Assembly (NCBI GenBank): GCA_002269645.1
Contig: NIVC01004287.1
Location: 1-51,636, forward strand
Length of the DNA: 51,636 nt
Reading direction: 5' to 3'
From: Macrostomum lignano
Taxonomy: Eukaryota
Both the position numbers and the translations under genes were made by a program. The first letter of the stretch is position 1. Each line of letters opens with the position of its first letter. The notes under the pieces were generated by a model. That model did not search any database. It saw nothing but the letters and a program-made list of their open reading frames with translations, and was not told where the DNA came from. Shown here piece after piece: positions 34,686-48,100 of this stretch.

Positions 34686-36267
34686 AGTGGATTTTGCTTC
34701 TGTAAATTGGGAAACATTCGGCAGGTTCCAACAGCCTCATTTTCCCCAGGAATTAATTACTCCGAAAACACAAAAACAACACCTGATTTTCCTAGTCAGT
34801 CCAATTTCCCTTTTCCCTTCCCTTCTCATCCCGGAGCGTGACGCTGGGATTTCGCTGCCCCAAATCGCTAAGCTGAATTTAATCTGGCCTCTGCAGAAGA
34901 AGTTCCCAGCTGCGCCGAGCGGCAGAAAGCCAATTAAAAAAAAGACGCAGTTCTCCTGTTAATGAGACGCGACGAAACAGCTTTCCCAATCCCAATACCT
35001 CCAGACACGATGCATTGCTGCACTATTATTCTACAACAGCAGTTTCCTCCAAATACCAGCTTTTTCTTGCTTCATTTTTTATTTCCTTCGCGATATCGGG
35101 AGATGATTATCAGAGGCCTCGAGGGTTGAGCAGATTGATGCTCTAGAGCGAGGATAATGGCTTGTGGTTCGCGTGCATATTTGTTAACATGCTTTTTGAT
35201 ATGAATGAACGGCTGCATTTTGCTGAGCCAAAGCCGTCCCCTCCGATGTTAAACACTATGGAGAATTTGATCAGATTCCCTGGCGTTGAAACTGGTCTGC
35301 ACAAAGGGGACAAGAAGGAAGAAGGCATGGGTGGGGGGCCAAAAAAGGTATTGCTGGATGGGGGAGAGCCTGGGAGGCAGTCCTGATTGACTTCCTGATC
35401 GCTGTCCTGTCCGCCTCTCATGTCAGAGCGGATCGGTGAGCCCTCAAGCATGTTGCCCTCAGACAGTCTCCCTGCCTAACTGCTCAACCCTTCATTGCCT
35501 GCTCAAATTTTCTCCTTCATCAAGTTTTACGGGGCAAAAGCCCGGAGGTTCACCCTGCAATCTTATTATATTAAAATAGTGAATTCATTCGGCGGAAAAA
35601 GGCGACTCGCTTTGACATGCGGTCGCTGGCAGGTAACAATTATTATTGATTTGACTTTTCACGCAAGGCAAAACTAAAAATAGACCCTTTCAATCAAGCA
35701 ATAATTATCTTGGTGGAAATTTTAATTCATCCTTTCATCCGTCTTGCTTCTGGAAGACAAAAGATTGCGGCAGGTCAAAGGTTATAGCGAGCATTTAAGT
35801 CGGTTAGTTGACCTCGCAGAATTCTATATTTCTATAATTTCCGCAGTTCTGCAGTTCTGGGCCCACTCCAGGCACTTGTTGGGAATTATTGGGATAAACT
35901 CCCACTAGGGTTGAAAGTGAGGAACAGCAAATAAAACTCGCAGCAATCAATCAAATCGCTTGTCTGATCGCGGTCGGGGTTCGAGCCCGGAGCAGAACTC
36001 AAGCTAGCTATGAATTGCTGCCGAGATTTCTTCTCCATCTGCTAGCAGAAGCAAGCGGTGGTGACGTAATCATTTCGCAGCTTGCCCGGGTGATGAAGTA
36101 TTATAGCGTAGTAGTTGAAGAAGCTGCAACGCCCAATTGAGTCAGCGATCGCTGCCAGAGACCCTCGATAAAAATCTGTGGCTTTCTGCATTCCATCTTT
36201 GTCCAGTTCTCACTTCTACTGTGTGTTAATCATAGCTTTGAAACTGCACTGCTCTGCGCTTCTTGTG

Positions 36268-37450
36268 ACTGAGTTTCTTGTGGCTGAGTTTCTTGTGGCT
36301 GGGTTTCTTGTGGCTGGGTTTCTTGTGGCTGGGTTTCTTGTGGCTGGGTTTCTTGTGGCTGGGTTTCTTGTGGCTGGGTTTCTTGTGGCTGGGTTTCTTG
36401 TGGCTGGGTTTCTTGTGGCTGGGTTTCTTGTGGCTGGGTTTCTTGTGGCTGGGTTTCTTGTGGCTGGGTTTCTTGTGGCTGGGTTTCTTGTGGCTGGGTT
36501 TCTTGTGGCTGGGTTTCTTGTGGCTGGGTTTCTTGTGGCTGGGTTTCTTGTGGCTGGGTTTCTTGTGGCTGGGTTTCTTGTGGCTGGGTTTCTTGTGGCT
36601 GGGTTTCTTGTGGCTGGGTTTCTTGTGGCTGGGTTTCTTGTGGCTGGGTTTCTTGTGGCTGGGTTTCTTGTGGCTGGGTTTCTTGTGGCTGGGTTTCTTG
36701 TGGCTGGGTTTCTTGTGGCTGGGTTTCTTGTGGCTGGGTTTCTTGTGGCTGGGTTTCTTGTGGCTGGGTTTCTTGTGGCTGGGTTTCTTGTGGCTGGGTT
36801 TCTTGTGGCTGGGTTTCTTGTGGCTGGGTTTCTTGTGGCTGGGTTTCTTGTGGCTGGGTTTCTTGTGGCTGGGTTTCTTGTGGCTGGGTTTCTTGTGGCT
36901 GGGTTTCTTGTGGCTGGGTTTCTTGTGGCTGGGTTTCTTGTGGCTGGGTTTCTTGTGGCTGGGTTTCTTGTGGCTGGATTCCCCATGGCTGGATTACCCC
37001 CTGGCTGGATTCCCCCTGGTTGGATTCCCCCTGCTGGATTCCCCCTGGTTGGATTCCCCCCTGGCTGGATTCCTCCTGGCTGGATTCTCTTTGGCTGGAT
37101 TCCCCCTGGCTGGATTGATTCCCCCTGGCTGGATTCCCCATGGCTGGATTACCCCCTGGCTGGATTCCCCCTAGCTGGATTCTCCTTGGCTGGATTCCCC
37201 ATGGCTGGATTCCCCATGGCTGGATTACCCCCTGGCTGGATTCCCCCTAGCTGGATTCTCCTTGGCTGGATTCCCCCTGGCTGGATTCTCCTTGGCTGGA
37301 TTCCCCCTGGTTGGATTCCCCCTGGCTGGATCCCCCCTGGTTGGATTCCCCCTGGCTGGATCCCCCCTGGCTGGATTCCCCCTGGCTGGATTCCCCCTGG
37401 CTGGATTCCCCCCTGGTTGGATTCCTTCTGGCTGGATTCCCCTGGCTGGG
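36268..37450. repeat. Compound 15-bp array: (GTGGCTGGGTTTCTT)n then (GGCTGGATTCCCCCT)n
   Basis: About 47 nearly perfect units to about 36975, then a degenerate related 15-mer. Confidence 0.97.
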
Positions 37451-37989
37451 TTTCTCTCAGCTGTAATTCGACAAGTTTTTATATCTGTCAGACGCAATGG
37501 AGTAAACAAAGTTAAAGTGCACTGAAATTCGCAATTTAGTTGCAATCTTTGCTTAAAAATTAAAATCAACCTGACAGCAATCTGTCTTTTCCCTCCTTTC
37601 TCCATGTCCCTGTCCTATACAGCCAGGTGAGGCAGTGGAGCAGCAGTGGAAGTCAGTGAGGCTGGGATCACGCTAGACTGCTCACCTACAGAACTCCCCA
37701 TTGTGCAGGTATTAGTTACAGTGAGCTGAGCTGCCGGCCTCCCCCGCCTTGCGATTGCATTCACCAACAAATGGGGAGCAGCCATCCCCGTGCGGATGCG
37801 AGCGATATTTATTGTATATTGGCAGCTTTTATTGCCTTCCGACCCCTCAGTCAAGCTGTTCAGGTTTGGCTCTCCGGCTGGGAGTTCATGTCTGTGCACT
37901 TCTTTTCTCGCTAAATAGATGCAGATATTATAGAATAAGTGTTACTGAGTGCAAGCACTAACTATTTTCAGTCAGTCAGTCCTTCAATG

Positions 37990-38286
<297 letters not shown>

Positions 38287-38659
38287 TCTCCACAGGTTTA
38301 AAAATCTCAGCCGGACTGAGAGAGAGTTTGTCCAGCGCAAACGCCTTCCCCCGCACGCTCTTCATCGCTCAGCCTCCCTGCCGCTCCTGTTTGTCTTTCC
38401 CTTCCGCACCGGAGTTTGGCGGCGAAAATCAAAAGTTTTAGCCAGGTGGTCTTACCCCCCCCCCCTTAGCTCCGAGAGCCTTAACTTGGGCAGTCCTTAC
38501 GGCGATCTGTGAGAGATCGGAAGAGAAACATGTAGGTTGACCAAGTGCTCATAAATGATTAACTGCACTACCCCTGCCAGAGCTGCAATGGCCGTAAAGG
38601 GAATGAATGAATGCACAAACATTGTGATAACTCATCGTCCCAATCATAGAAGTACTACA

Positions 38660-39357
38660 GACAGCTGAGATACTCGTATAAAAACGCTACACTCGGTTTT
38701 CTTAGAAAGCTGGAGACTGATAGAGAACGTATGTTGTTCGCATTGCTAGTGCATTTAGTATGCTCTAGAGAATGCATAGCTCTGAATGAGGTTTCGTCAT
38801 AGACAAAATCGGTCGACAAAAATCTGATTTCTCAGTAGAGCTTTCGGGGGAATTGCTGAGATGTCAAGGCTTACTGGGGGAATTGCTGAGATGTCGAGGC
38901 TTACTGGGGGAATTGCTGAGATGTCAAGGCTTACTGGGGGAATTGCTGAGATGTCGAGGCTTACGAGGGGAATCGCTGAGATGTCAAGGCTTACGGGGGG
39001 AATCGCTGAGATGTCAAGGCTTAGGAGGGGAATCGCTGAGATGTCGAGGCTTACTGGGGGAATTGCTGAGATGTCGAGGCTTACGAGGGGAATCGCTGAG
39101 GTGTCAAGGCTTGCGGGGGGAATCGCTGAGATGTCGAGGCTTACGGGGGGAATTGCTGAGATGTCAAGGCTTACGAGGGGAATCGCTGAGATGTCAAGGC
39201 TTACTGGGGGAATTGCTGAGATGTCGAGGCTTACTAGGGAAATTGCTGAGAGATCAGAATATTTGTTTTCCATTCTTTGTTGCCTCTCCAACGGGGGCGC
39301 TGATTGCTAGTCATTTCTAAGAAAATTGAGAGTAGCGTCCCTTCTGCTTCAGCTGTC
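38660..39357. mobile_element. Degenerate TIR element enclosing a 30-bp tandem array
   Basis: Left ACAGCTGA...ACGCTACACTC..TTTTCTTAGAAA is inverted as TTTCTAAGAAAA..GAGAGTAGCGT...TCAGCTGT on the right. 38700-38830 is homologous to 11290-11415. Confidence 0.6.
38845..39250. repeat. 30-bp minisatellite (AATTGCTGAGATGTCAAGGCTTACTGGGGG)n
   Basis: About 13.5 units inside the 38660-39357 TIR element. Confidence 0.96.
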
Positions 39358-41259
39358 CATGTGAAATACCTGAAATTGCTTTTCCTCAAGCTGTAGTTGC
39401 ACTCCCTATCTTATTTCCTTTCAAGTCTAAAAAGAACAATGCCAAGACAAAGACAACGCAGAATCATTTCCTTTGACAAATTCCGCATATGTTTGTCGAA
39501 CGGACTTCATCAGCCAGTCAAATATCTCTGATCGATTTTTTTTTCAGTTTTTCCTAACCCACTCAGGATGTCATTAACGATTGATGGGGTACCAAAGTGA
39601 AAAAAAGTGGAATTCGGATAAAACACGGGCACAGAAGAGTCTCGGGCCTAACAAGTGCTGCCGCAGATCGGCTCTGCGTGGATATCTGTGTAGTCTCTGT
39701 GCCAATATAGAAGGCAAAAATCTATATAGAGATAATGATAGCAACTGAGCTCTCAAACGACAAGGGCTGCTTGAGATGATGAAGATATCGCCAGCAAAGG
39801 ACTGGAATGAGAAGCGCCACAAGGCGGAGCGGACAGATGAGAACGAGCTGATAAGCCAACGCATTGAGAGCTGCAGCTATCGGTAAAAAGAGACAAAAAA
39901 TTTCGATTAGCCTTATACAACTGAGTGGCTTCTGATGGGGCTAGCCATGCAGATGAGTCCCCCGCCCCTGAGTTCCAGCCTAATAAAAGGTATGTAATTA
40001 ATTTAAACAAAGCTTAGGCCCCACTGCCCGATAAGAATTAGCATTCTCTACCCTACGGGACGAAGCAGTAGTCTGTTTGTTTAAACGAAATCGTTAAAAT
40101 CCTCTTCTGCTGGTCTTTGCCAGAGCGGGCTTAAATCTGATTCTAACCAAGCAGTCCATGCAGAACTGTATATGCCGCCATTGCATGCAATCAGCTGTAC
40201 GAAAGCATTGCGCAACAGTAAAATCTTTCCAATGCGGAACAGGACAGCCCGAGGGTGGGACAGGCTTAGGGGAGGCATGATGAGGCAGCGGAGAGTCTGC
40301 ATCACGCCGAGGTCCCATCTGTCAGCTGCGCCCGGTCAGGGTTGGGGGTGTGCCCAGATTTTCATAGAACAACTTTTTGAAAATCTGGCAGTGTCTGTCG
40401 GAGTCAGCTGTTCGGGGAGCTGCGGCCACTCCTGTGCGAGTTCGCTTCATTTTGGAATGCGTCTTCTCGACTTTTCGCCAGCCGCGAATTCTTTTGTCGC
40501 GAATAACAAGACGCTTTGTGCTCTCCATGCGATAAATAGCTTAAATAGTTTACCCCTCGCTAGGAGCTGGCTGCAAAGGACAACGAAGAAAAGGTGACTT
40601 TGGGTTGAATTCTGGGTCGAATCGAACAGCTAGTTGGGAGCCTGGACTGCCTGATGAGGCTCGGGGAGAATCAGCCAGCGGATTTGGTGTTCCAATTTTT
40701 GACAAGAAATCAGCCTCCCGAATTTTACTGCCAGGATTTTTTCTGAATGCTAAAAATGCAAAATAAGCTGGGAGGCTCTGCGGCTGGAGGGGGTGGGGAG
40801 GGGGGAATCTGCAACACGCTCTGCTTCCGGAACAATTATCCCCCAGTTGTTGGGATAAAAAAGGGTGCTAACGACTTCGCTCGCACACGCAGAGAGAGGG
40901 ATAGCAGGGAGCATGGAAATGGTCATTATTTTAATTTTGCAGACCAAATTTTCCGCGCTGTCTGCAGATTATGCAGATTACTCTCCAACGGAAGAAGCAC
41001 TTCAAAAAAAGAGCATTTATTACGACGAGACAGAGATTGAGCAGCTTGTGTGGCTCGAAATCGAGTCAGGAGCCATTGCTAATAAAATTGAAAATTGCAG
41101 GCCACAGTTAGTGGCCAGGCACCTGCTCTTCCAGTGCATTGGCTTGCTTGCGAAACTGCTCAAAGCAGCCTCAGTTAATAAAAAAATTGAGCTTCGTTTG
41201 TTGAATCCAACTCCAAAATCTCTCCCTCATCATTATTCCTTTTTGCAGCTGTCCAGCAA

Positions 41260-42126
41260 ATGCCTCTAAGCAGCTGGCGCGAGCTTCTGACCTTCGCGGT
41301 CGCCTTGACGACCGTCGCATCGCATTCCGGCGTGGCCGCTCTGTATACCTTCGAGAAGGCGATCGAAATATCAGAGGAAAGTCAGCCGCAGGCGCTGGGC
41401 AATGTCGCTGCCCTTGGCAACCTGTCCCGGCACCTGACCTCCGCCGGCCCGCTCTCCTACGCCCTCGATATGCACGACGCTTACGTCAGTGTCGACTCGT
41501 CCTCGGGCGAAATTCGCTTGAAGGCGTCCATCGATCTGGAGACGATCTGCCGGTCCACTGCGAAGTGCCCGCATGGCGGCCGGCACGCCTTCTCTGTGGT
41601 GGTCCGCGAGCTGCCACCGCCGACGCAGCCGCAGCTGCAGGGCCGGCGGTTGGCGCGCGGCAGGTTCACCTTGATCGTGCGCGACATCAACGACCACGCG
41701 CCGAGGTTTCAGTCAACCTACGAAGAGATCCAGCGGGACGAGTCCGTCTGCCTGGTGCCGGGGGTCGCCTGTCCGAACCCGCGGGTCGACCTGCCGATCG
41801 CCAAGGACGACGACTTCTCGCCGGAACTCAGCCGGGTGACGTACACCATCGACCCGGCCAGCGCCAGCCCGGAGACCTTGGAGACCTTCGAGTTGAATGT
41901 GGACGAGTACGGCAACCCCTACCTGCTGATGAAGAAGGGCCTGGACGCTGAGAGGCAGCAGAGCTACCAGTTCGACCTCGTGGCCCAGGACGGACACGGT
42001 CGGAAGGGCCGCATCACCGTCCGCGTGGTCATCAAGGATGTCAACGATAACAGTCCGGAGTTCGAATCTAAACGCACATCGGTTCGAGTGTCCGAGGACA
42101 AGGCCAAAGGTTACGTGATTGCAAAG
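41260..42126 (+). CDS. Protocadherin exon: signal peptide, EC1, EC2, start of EC3
   Basis: ATG at 41260 follows an acceptor-like ttttgcag (41241-41248), suggesting an upstream 5' UTR exon. Donor AAG|gtgagt at 42127. Confidence 0.92.
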
Positions 42127-45100
42127 GTGAGTCAGAGGTGCTAAAATTTCAGGAGAAACATTTTGCTCCTTCATCATTTTTTGGGTCGCACAGCAGATAA
42201 GACGGCTGGTTTTGACAACCGGTTGAAATTCCGGTCATTTTCGTTTGAATGTTTCTTTAGTTTTATTTACTCGGGTAGATGAATCGGTGAAAAAGGAAAC
42301 ACAGAATGGAAGAGAGGCAAAAGTCAGGCAACGGAGAGAGGGAGCCGAAGTAATTCATTCAGAGATTTGTGGAAAAAACTTTATGGGCTCGAGAGAGTGA
42401 AGGGCGCCATCTCTCAAGTCTCAGAGGGCAGAGTCGGAAGGATCAGCGGGAGGGTCAGCGAGGCTGGCTGGTGCTGCTGGTAGCTTCTGTCGGCAAGTCA
42501 AGGAAGGATGTGAGCAGAGCAGGCCAGGCGAGTCCTGTGCTGTCCTCTGCTTCTTCAGGAGGTCCCCGGTTGGAGCAGCTGTGACTCACTTGCAGAGCCG
42601 GCGCCAGCAGCCAGCGAATGCATGATTAATAAGCCAACCCCGCCGACCAAAAAACACCAACGGACTGGGGGGGGGCTGCGTTGGCTGCCGGGTGCTGCAG
42701 TCAGCCCAAATCATACAGGCATATCCCAAAGCCAGGGGGGGCTTATCTTGGCCGCTAATCACCCCCAGCCTCCACACTGCTCATTAGTCTGATGGGGCAC
42801 AGGGAGAGGCTGAGAAGATGATGGCGTCTTATAAGTTACAATATGCCAAATAATGAATTGCTATCCCCGCGTACTGCATTGAAATCTATCGCTTGGCTGC
42901 CCGACAACTGCCAGTGGCTTGGCTCGTGCTTTTTACTTAATTATTTCTAGTCCTATAGCAGTGTATGCATGCAATTCCGTAATAGAGTCTTAGCTAAGCA
43001 CTCTTACTGGACCGGGTTTTTTGTTTAACCTTTTCTCGAGCTCACTCTGCTGCGAGTCCCAAGTCTCCGCGTCCGTCTGCAGCTCTCTTCCTCTCTCTCT
43101 CTCGTTAGCCTCAGCTCAAGAGAGCGCACCTCTTGAGCAGTGTTGTGCCCACCACTGCGCACCCAAAGTGTTCACACATTCACACAGCCGGTAGTTCAAA
43201 CGACACACACACACGCACACACTTTCAACTTGTGGCGGCAAGGCGGCGAGCTGATCACCCAACTCCTCCCAGACACACAAAAATTTTGCTTTGCGCACTC
43301 AAAGGTCCACTTCTCTCTCTCTCTCGCTTTCACTCAGCTGGTGAGGTGCTTGTCGCAGTGCCGCCAGACCCACCCGCCTCCAATCCTATTTGATCCTATT
43401 TCCCAGTGTGGCTGCGGTTATCCCCTACTTTTGCCACCTCCCCTTGTCCGCCCACTTCATCCAAGTGGCCGCCTCGGCCGTGCAGCCTCCCCCTCCCTCT
43501 CTCACCCAGCTACTAATGGGATAAACGGCTGAGCATTGGAGAGCCTTGAGCAAAGCTTTCTGTGCCCCTCCCCTCTCTCTCTCTTTCCCGTCTTCAAGTG
43601 CGGCAAGTGTGAAATCTCCCATCTAGGCATGCGAGTTCCCATGGCCCATAAGGGAATTAAAAGGCAGTACTTGGTACGCATCTTTAGGCAACAATAGATG
43701 CAATGAAAGTTACCATGAATCTGGCTATGTTAAAAATTTTACAAATGTCATTTATTGTTAGCCAAGTCCTGAGATGCAATTCAGGAGCTGACGCTGCGGG
43801 CGGCCGCACAATGGAACCCAGCGGAAGCGCTACTCCACAATACTCTGATTACTTTTGTTGAGATGAACTCATCAGCATCCGTGAGAGGGTCATGCTGTGA
43901 TTGCAGCGCTTGAAAGTGAGCACGGAGCCACGATGATCTTAACTGCTTTTTTAAGAAAGAAAATAGCAGAAAATTGCGGAAGCGGCAGCTGGGGAACGGC
44001 TGTCTGGCACCGCCAAGACTCTCTTAACTTAGCAACCAGCTACCGATCCAAAAGGCTTTGCAAAATCGACATGGAAAGAGAAAAGAGATTTCCACTCTCT
44101 CTCTGCTCGCAGGTTCGAAGCCCGACGCGAGTAGCTCGTAAAAAAGCCCCCCCCCCCTCTCCCTATTCACGACCAGCACAGCTGATTTGGGCATAATGGG
44201 CCCGGCCCAGGGGGGCAGAAGCGGAGAACAAGCCCAAAGAGATTACTACTAGAGGCGGGCCGGAGGGTTAATCAGAGAGCCTCCGCCCGCCCCTGAGGGG
44301 ACGCCTGTTGACCCCTCCCAATGATGAGGCGCTCATAGCAGTTTGTGAACAAGACTCAATGGTGATTAAACCGATCGAATCGCCGCATTGCTAACGAGTG
44401 CAGAGCGGCGGGGAGTAGTTTTAAAGTACTGAATATTTTCCAGTTTCATTTCTGTGCGCTCTCTGTGAGCAGCTGGGGACAAGCAAAACTCCGTGACAGC
44501 CGGTGCGCCACCCTCCCGATGAAGATAAACCCAGAAGGAGACGCTCTTCAGTTCGCTATAAAACCGACTAAAGCCAATGAGTGTGATCGACTGGGGCCTC
44601 GAATTCCTAAGGATTTTTTCCCTCAAAGTTCGGCCACTTTTATTACCGGCTTTCCCCTTTCGAGTTCATCAGAAATGCGACCGTCTTTTCCCATAAAGCC
44701 GATGAATTCCCGACTGTGAGTCCCGTTGGGGATAAAAGCCGCGCGGAGGGCCGGTGGGGCGCCCGCCCGCTCACTTCTCTGTGATTATTTCAGACCAGGA
44801 AAGATGGAGAAAAGAAAAAATATCTAGCAAAGAAATGCCTTTTTTAACTTCAGTTTTCAACCCGACTGACTGACTGACTGGCACTACAGGGGGAGGGGGG
44901 CGGGCCAAGCTTCGCTTGAAAGATCGAAAAAATGAGGATCATTTAAAAAAACCCTGCTTTCTTCGTACTTTTTTCTCGCTTAAAAACTACCCAAAGTTCG
45001 ACATCATCATTTTCAGCCCCCGGCAACCATTGCCCCCCCCCGTGTTTTCACCGCTTAGCCGCTCACCTGTGGCTTCGCAGGCTGTCAATAACAGAGGGAC

Positions 45101-48100
45101 TCCCTGACAGGCAGTGAGGAGCGCGGTGGGCACAGCGGGTTCAAATTTAATAGTCGCACTGTACGGGATTTGCAGTGGCTTGAAATTATTTTTTATCACC
45201 ATCTTCCTTGCGTTCTAGCAGTCCCGGATCCTGAGATCCCGATTGTAGCAATCCCGGATCCTGAGGTCCCGATTGTAGCAATCCCGGATCCTGAGGTCCC
45301 GATTCTAGCAATCCCGGATCCTGAGGTCCCGATTGTAGCAATCCCGGATCCTGAGGTCTCGATTGTAGCAATCCTGGATCCTGAGGTCCCGATTCTAGCA
45401 ATCCCGGATCCTGAGATCCCGATTGTAGCAATCCCGGATCCTGAGGTCCCTATTGTAGCAATCCTGGATCCTGAGGTCCCGATTGTAGCAATCCTGGCTC
45501 CTGAGGTCTCGATTGTAGCAATCCTGGATCCTGAGGTCCCGATTCTAGCAATCCCGGATCCTGAGGTCCCGATTCTAGCAATCCCGGATCCTGAGGTCCC
45601 GATTGTAGCAATCCTGGATCCTGAGGTCTCGATTCTAGCAATCGTGGATCCTGAGGTCCCGATTATAGCAATCCTGGATCCTGAGTCCCGATTGTAGCAT
45701 CCTAGATCCTGAGGTCCCGATTCTAGCATCTGGATCCTGAGGTCCCTATTGTAGCATCCTGATCCTGAGTCCCGATTGTAGCAATCCCGGATCCTGAGAT
45801 CCCGATTCTAGCATCCGGATCCTGAGGTCCCTATTGTAGCAGTCCTGGATCCTGAGGTCCCGATTCTAGCAATCCGGATCCTGAGTCCCGATTGTAGCAT
45901 CCGGATCCTGAGGTCCCTATTGTAGCAATCCGGATCCTGAGTCCCGATTGTAGCAATCCGGCTCCTGAGGTCTCGATTGTAGCATCCTGGATCCTGAGGT
46001 CCCGATTCTAGCAATCCCGGATCCTGAGTCCCGATTCTAGCAATCCCGGATCCTGAGGTCCCTATTGTAGCATCCTGGATCCTGAGGTCTCGATTGTAGC
46101 AATCCTGGATCCTGAGGTCTCGATTGTAGCAATCTGGATCCTGAGGTCCCGATTATAGCAATCCGGATCCTGAGTCCCGATTGTAGCAATCCGGATCCTG
46201 AGGTCCCGATTGTAGCAGTCCTGGATCCTGAGGTCCCAATTGTAGCAATCCGGATCCTGAGGTCCGATTGTAGCATCTGGATCCTGAGGTCCGATTGTAG
46301 CAATCCTGGATCCTGAGTCCGATTCTAGCATCCTGGATCCTGAGGTCCCTATTGTAGCAGTCCTGGATCCTGAGGTCCCGATTGTAGCAATCCCGGATCC
46401 TGAGGTCCCGATTGTAGCAGTCCTGGATCCTGAGGTCTCGATTGTAGCAATCCTGGATCCTGAGGTCTCGATTCTAGCAATCGTGGATCCTGAGGTCCCT
46501 ATTGTAGCAGTCCTGGATCCTGAGGTCCCGATTCTAGCAATCCCGGATCCTGAGATCCCGATTGTAGCAATCCCGGATCCTGAGGTCCCTATTGTAGCAG
46601 TCCTGGATCCTGAGGTCCCGATTGTAGCAATCCTGGATCCTGAGGTCCCGATTCTAGCAATCTCGGATCCTGAGGTCCCTATTGTAGCAGTCCTGATCCT
46701 GAGGTCCCGATTGTAGCAATCCCGGATCCTGAGATCCCGATTCTAGCAATCCCGGATCCTGAGGTCCCTATTGTAGCAGTCCTGGATCCTGAGGTCCCGA
46801 TTCTAGCAATCCCGGATCCTGAGGTCCCGATTGTAGCAATCCTGGATCCTGAGGTCCCGATTGTAGCAATCCTGGATCCTGAGGTCTCGATTGTAGCAAT
46901 CCCGGATCCTGAGGTCCCTATTGTAGCAGTCCTGGATCCTGAGGTCCCGATTGTAGCAATCCCGGATCCTGAGGTCCCTATTGTAGCAGTCCTGGATCCT
47001 GAGGTCCCGATTGTAGCAATCCTGGATCCTGAGGTCTCGATTGTAGCAATCCTGGATCCTGAGGTCCCGATTCTAGCAATCCCGGATCCTGAGATCCCGA
47101 TTGTAGCAATCCCGGATCCTGAGATCCCGATTGTAGCAATCCTGGATCCTGAGATCCCGATTCTAGCAATCTCGGATCCTGAGGTCCAAAACCCAAAATC
47201 TACTTGGATTAAAAAGTGCAAGGTTGGCTCACGAAAATGCAAGTTGCAAACTAAAAAACAGATGGTACCGTATACTGGCGTGCGAGAAAGTGTCAAACAA
47301 GTGGCAGTCTAGCCGGGGGCATTATGCTTGAATATTGGAAAATGCGGAGTTACTGTTAAAGGTTGGGGCAGAGCTGCCACTGCAGTACTGGGATATTGAC
47401 TGTCTGTCAGCCCCTACGTCTAGTCTACCTGACTTCATTTGCTCAGTTGCTCCCAATCTGGAGGCCAATATTGCACCTCCCGCCCACCTTTACATATTGA
47501 CTTGATTTTATAAGAGTCACGGGCAAAAACCCAGGGGAAAAAGATAATTTGGACTGCCAGTCATTGAACGCCCGTCGACAGCTTACTGTAAAACCTGTTG
47601 ACACAGTTATTGCGCAACAGATTTGGAGGGCCGGACAAACTGGAGATCCAATTTAAGGAAGTGTCACGGAAAGACGATACCTACCTGTCTCTCCCCACCC
47701 TCCAGCAGAGGTAATTTGCGATCCCAAACTAGCAAAGAGGAAATGAGGGCAGTGCAGCTCAGGGATCTGTTGATAGCAAGCCCAGTCTGACCCTCCAGCT
47801 CCTCGGCATTCGGTTTCGGCTCCCGGTTGGGAAGTTTAATCACGTTTGTTAATTTGCCTGAGAGTTGCCTGAGGCCTAAATGATGGAGAGAAAATGACTC
47901 TGGCCATATATCCCCCCCACACACTCGTCAGAGTTCAGAGGAAATGGAGTCTGATTGGGGATTTGATCTGCCACCTCTCACAGCCTTCTTGGGGCTGCTC
48001 ACCAGGGTCTAGACTCTCTCCGATACAGCCCGGGTCCCCATTGAGACTGGAAAGGGGGATGAGGCGGGGGAAGACTTCCCAAATTTGTCCCGTCTTTTTG

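Noticed and set aside
35965-36000. GGTTCGAGCCC B-box (similar GGCTCGAATCC at ~23577) as tRNA or SINE
   Set aside because: No convincing A box or cloverleaf, and no shared body with the SINE family.
36178-37515. 445-aa ORF and other long repeat-derived ORFs (1702-2595, 3261-3942, 6199-7212, 10598-10985, 27473-28249, 28893-30182, 31901-32416, 38797-39320, 45170-47296)
   Set aside because: They are translations of stop-free tandem units open on several frames or strands, and many lie in introns of the real genes.
40865-41269. 134-aa ORF upstream of the protocadherin as an extra coding exon
   Set aside because: Different frame, stops at 41269, no recognisable motif, and the protocadherin already has a signal peptide after ATG 41260.
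41371-42177. Antisense and alternate-frame ORFs over exons (also 10049-10533, 13894-14169, 15686-16207, 49263-50228)
   Set aside because: Shadow ORFs caused by GC-rich codon bias of the real coding strand.
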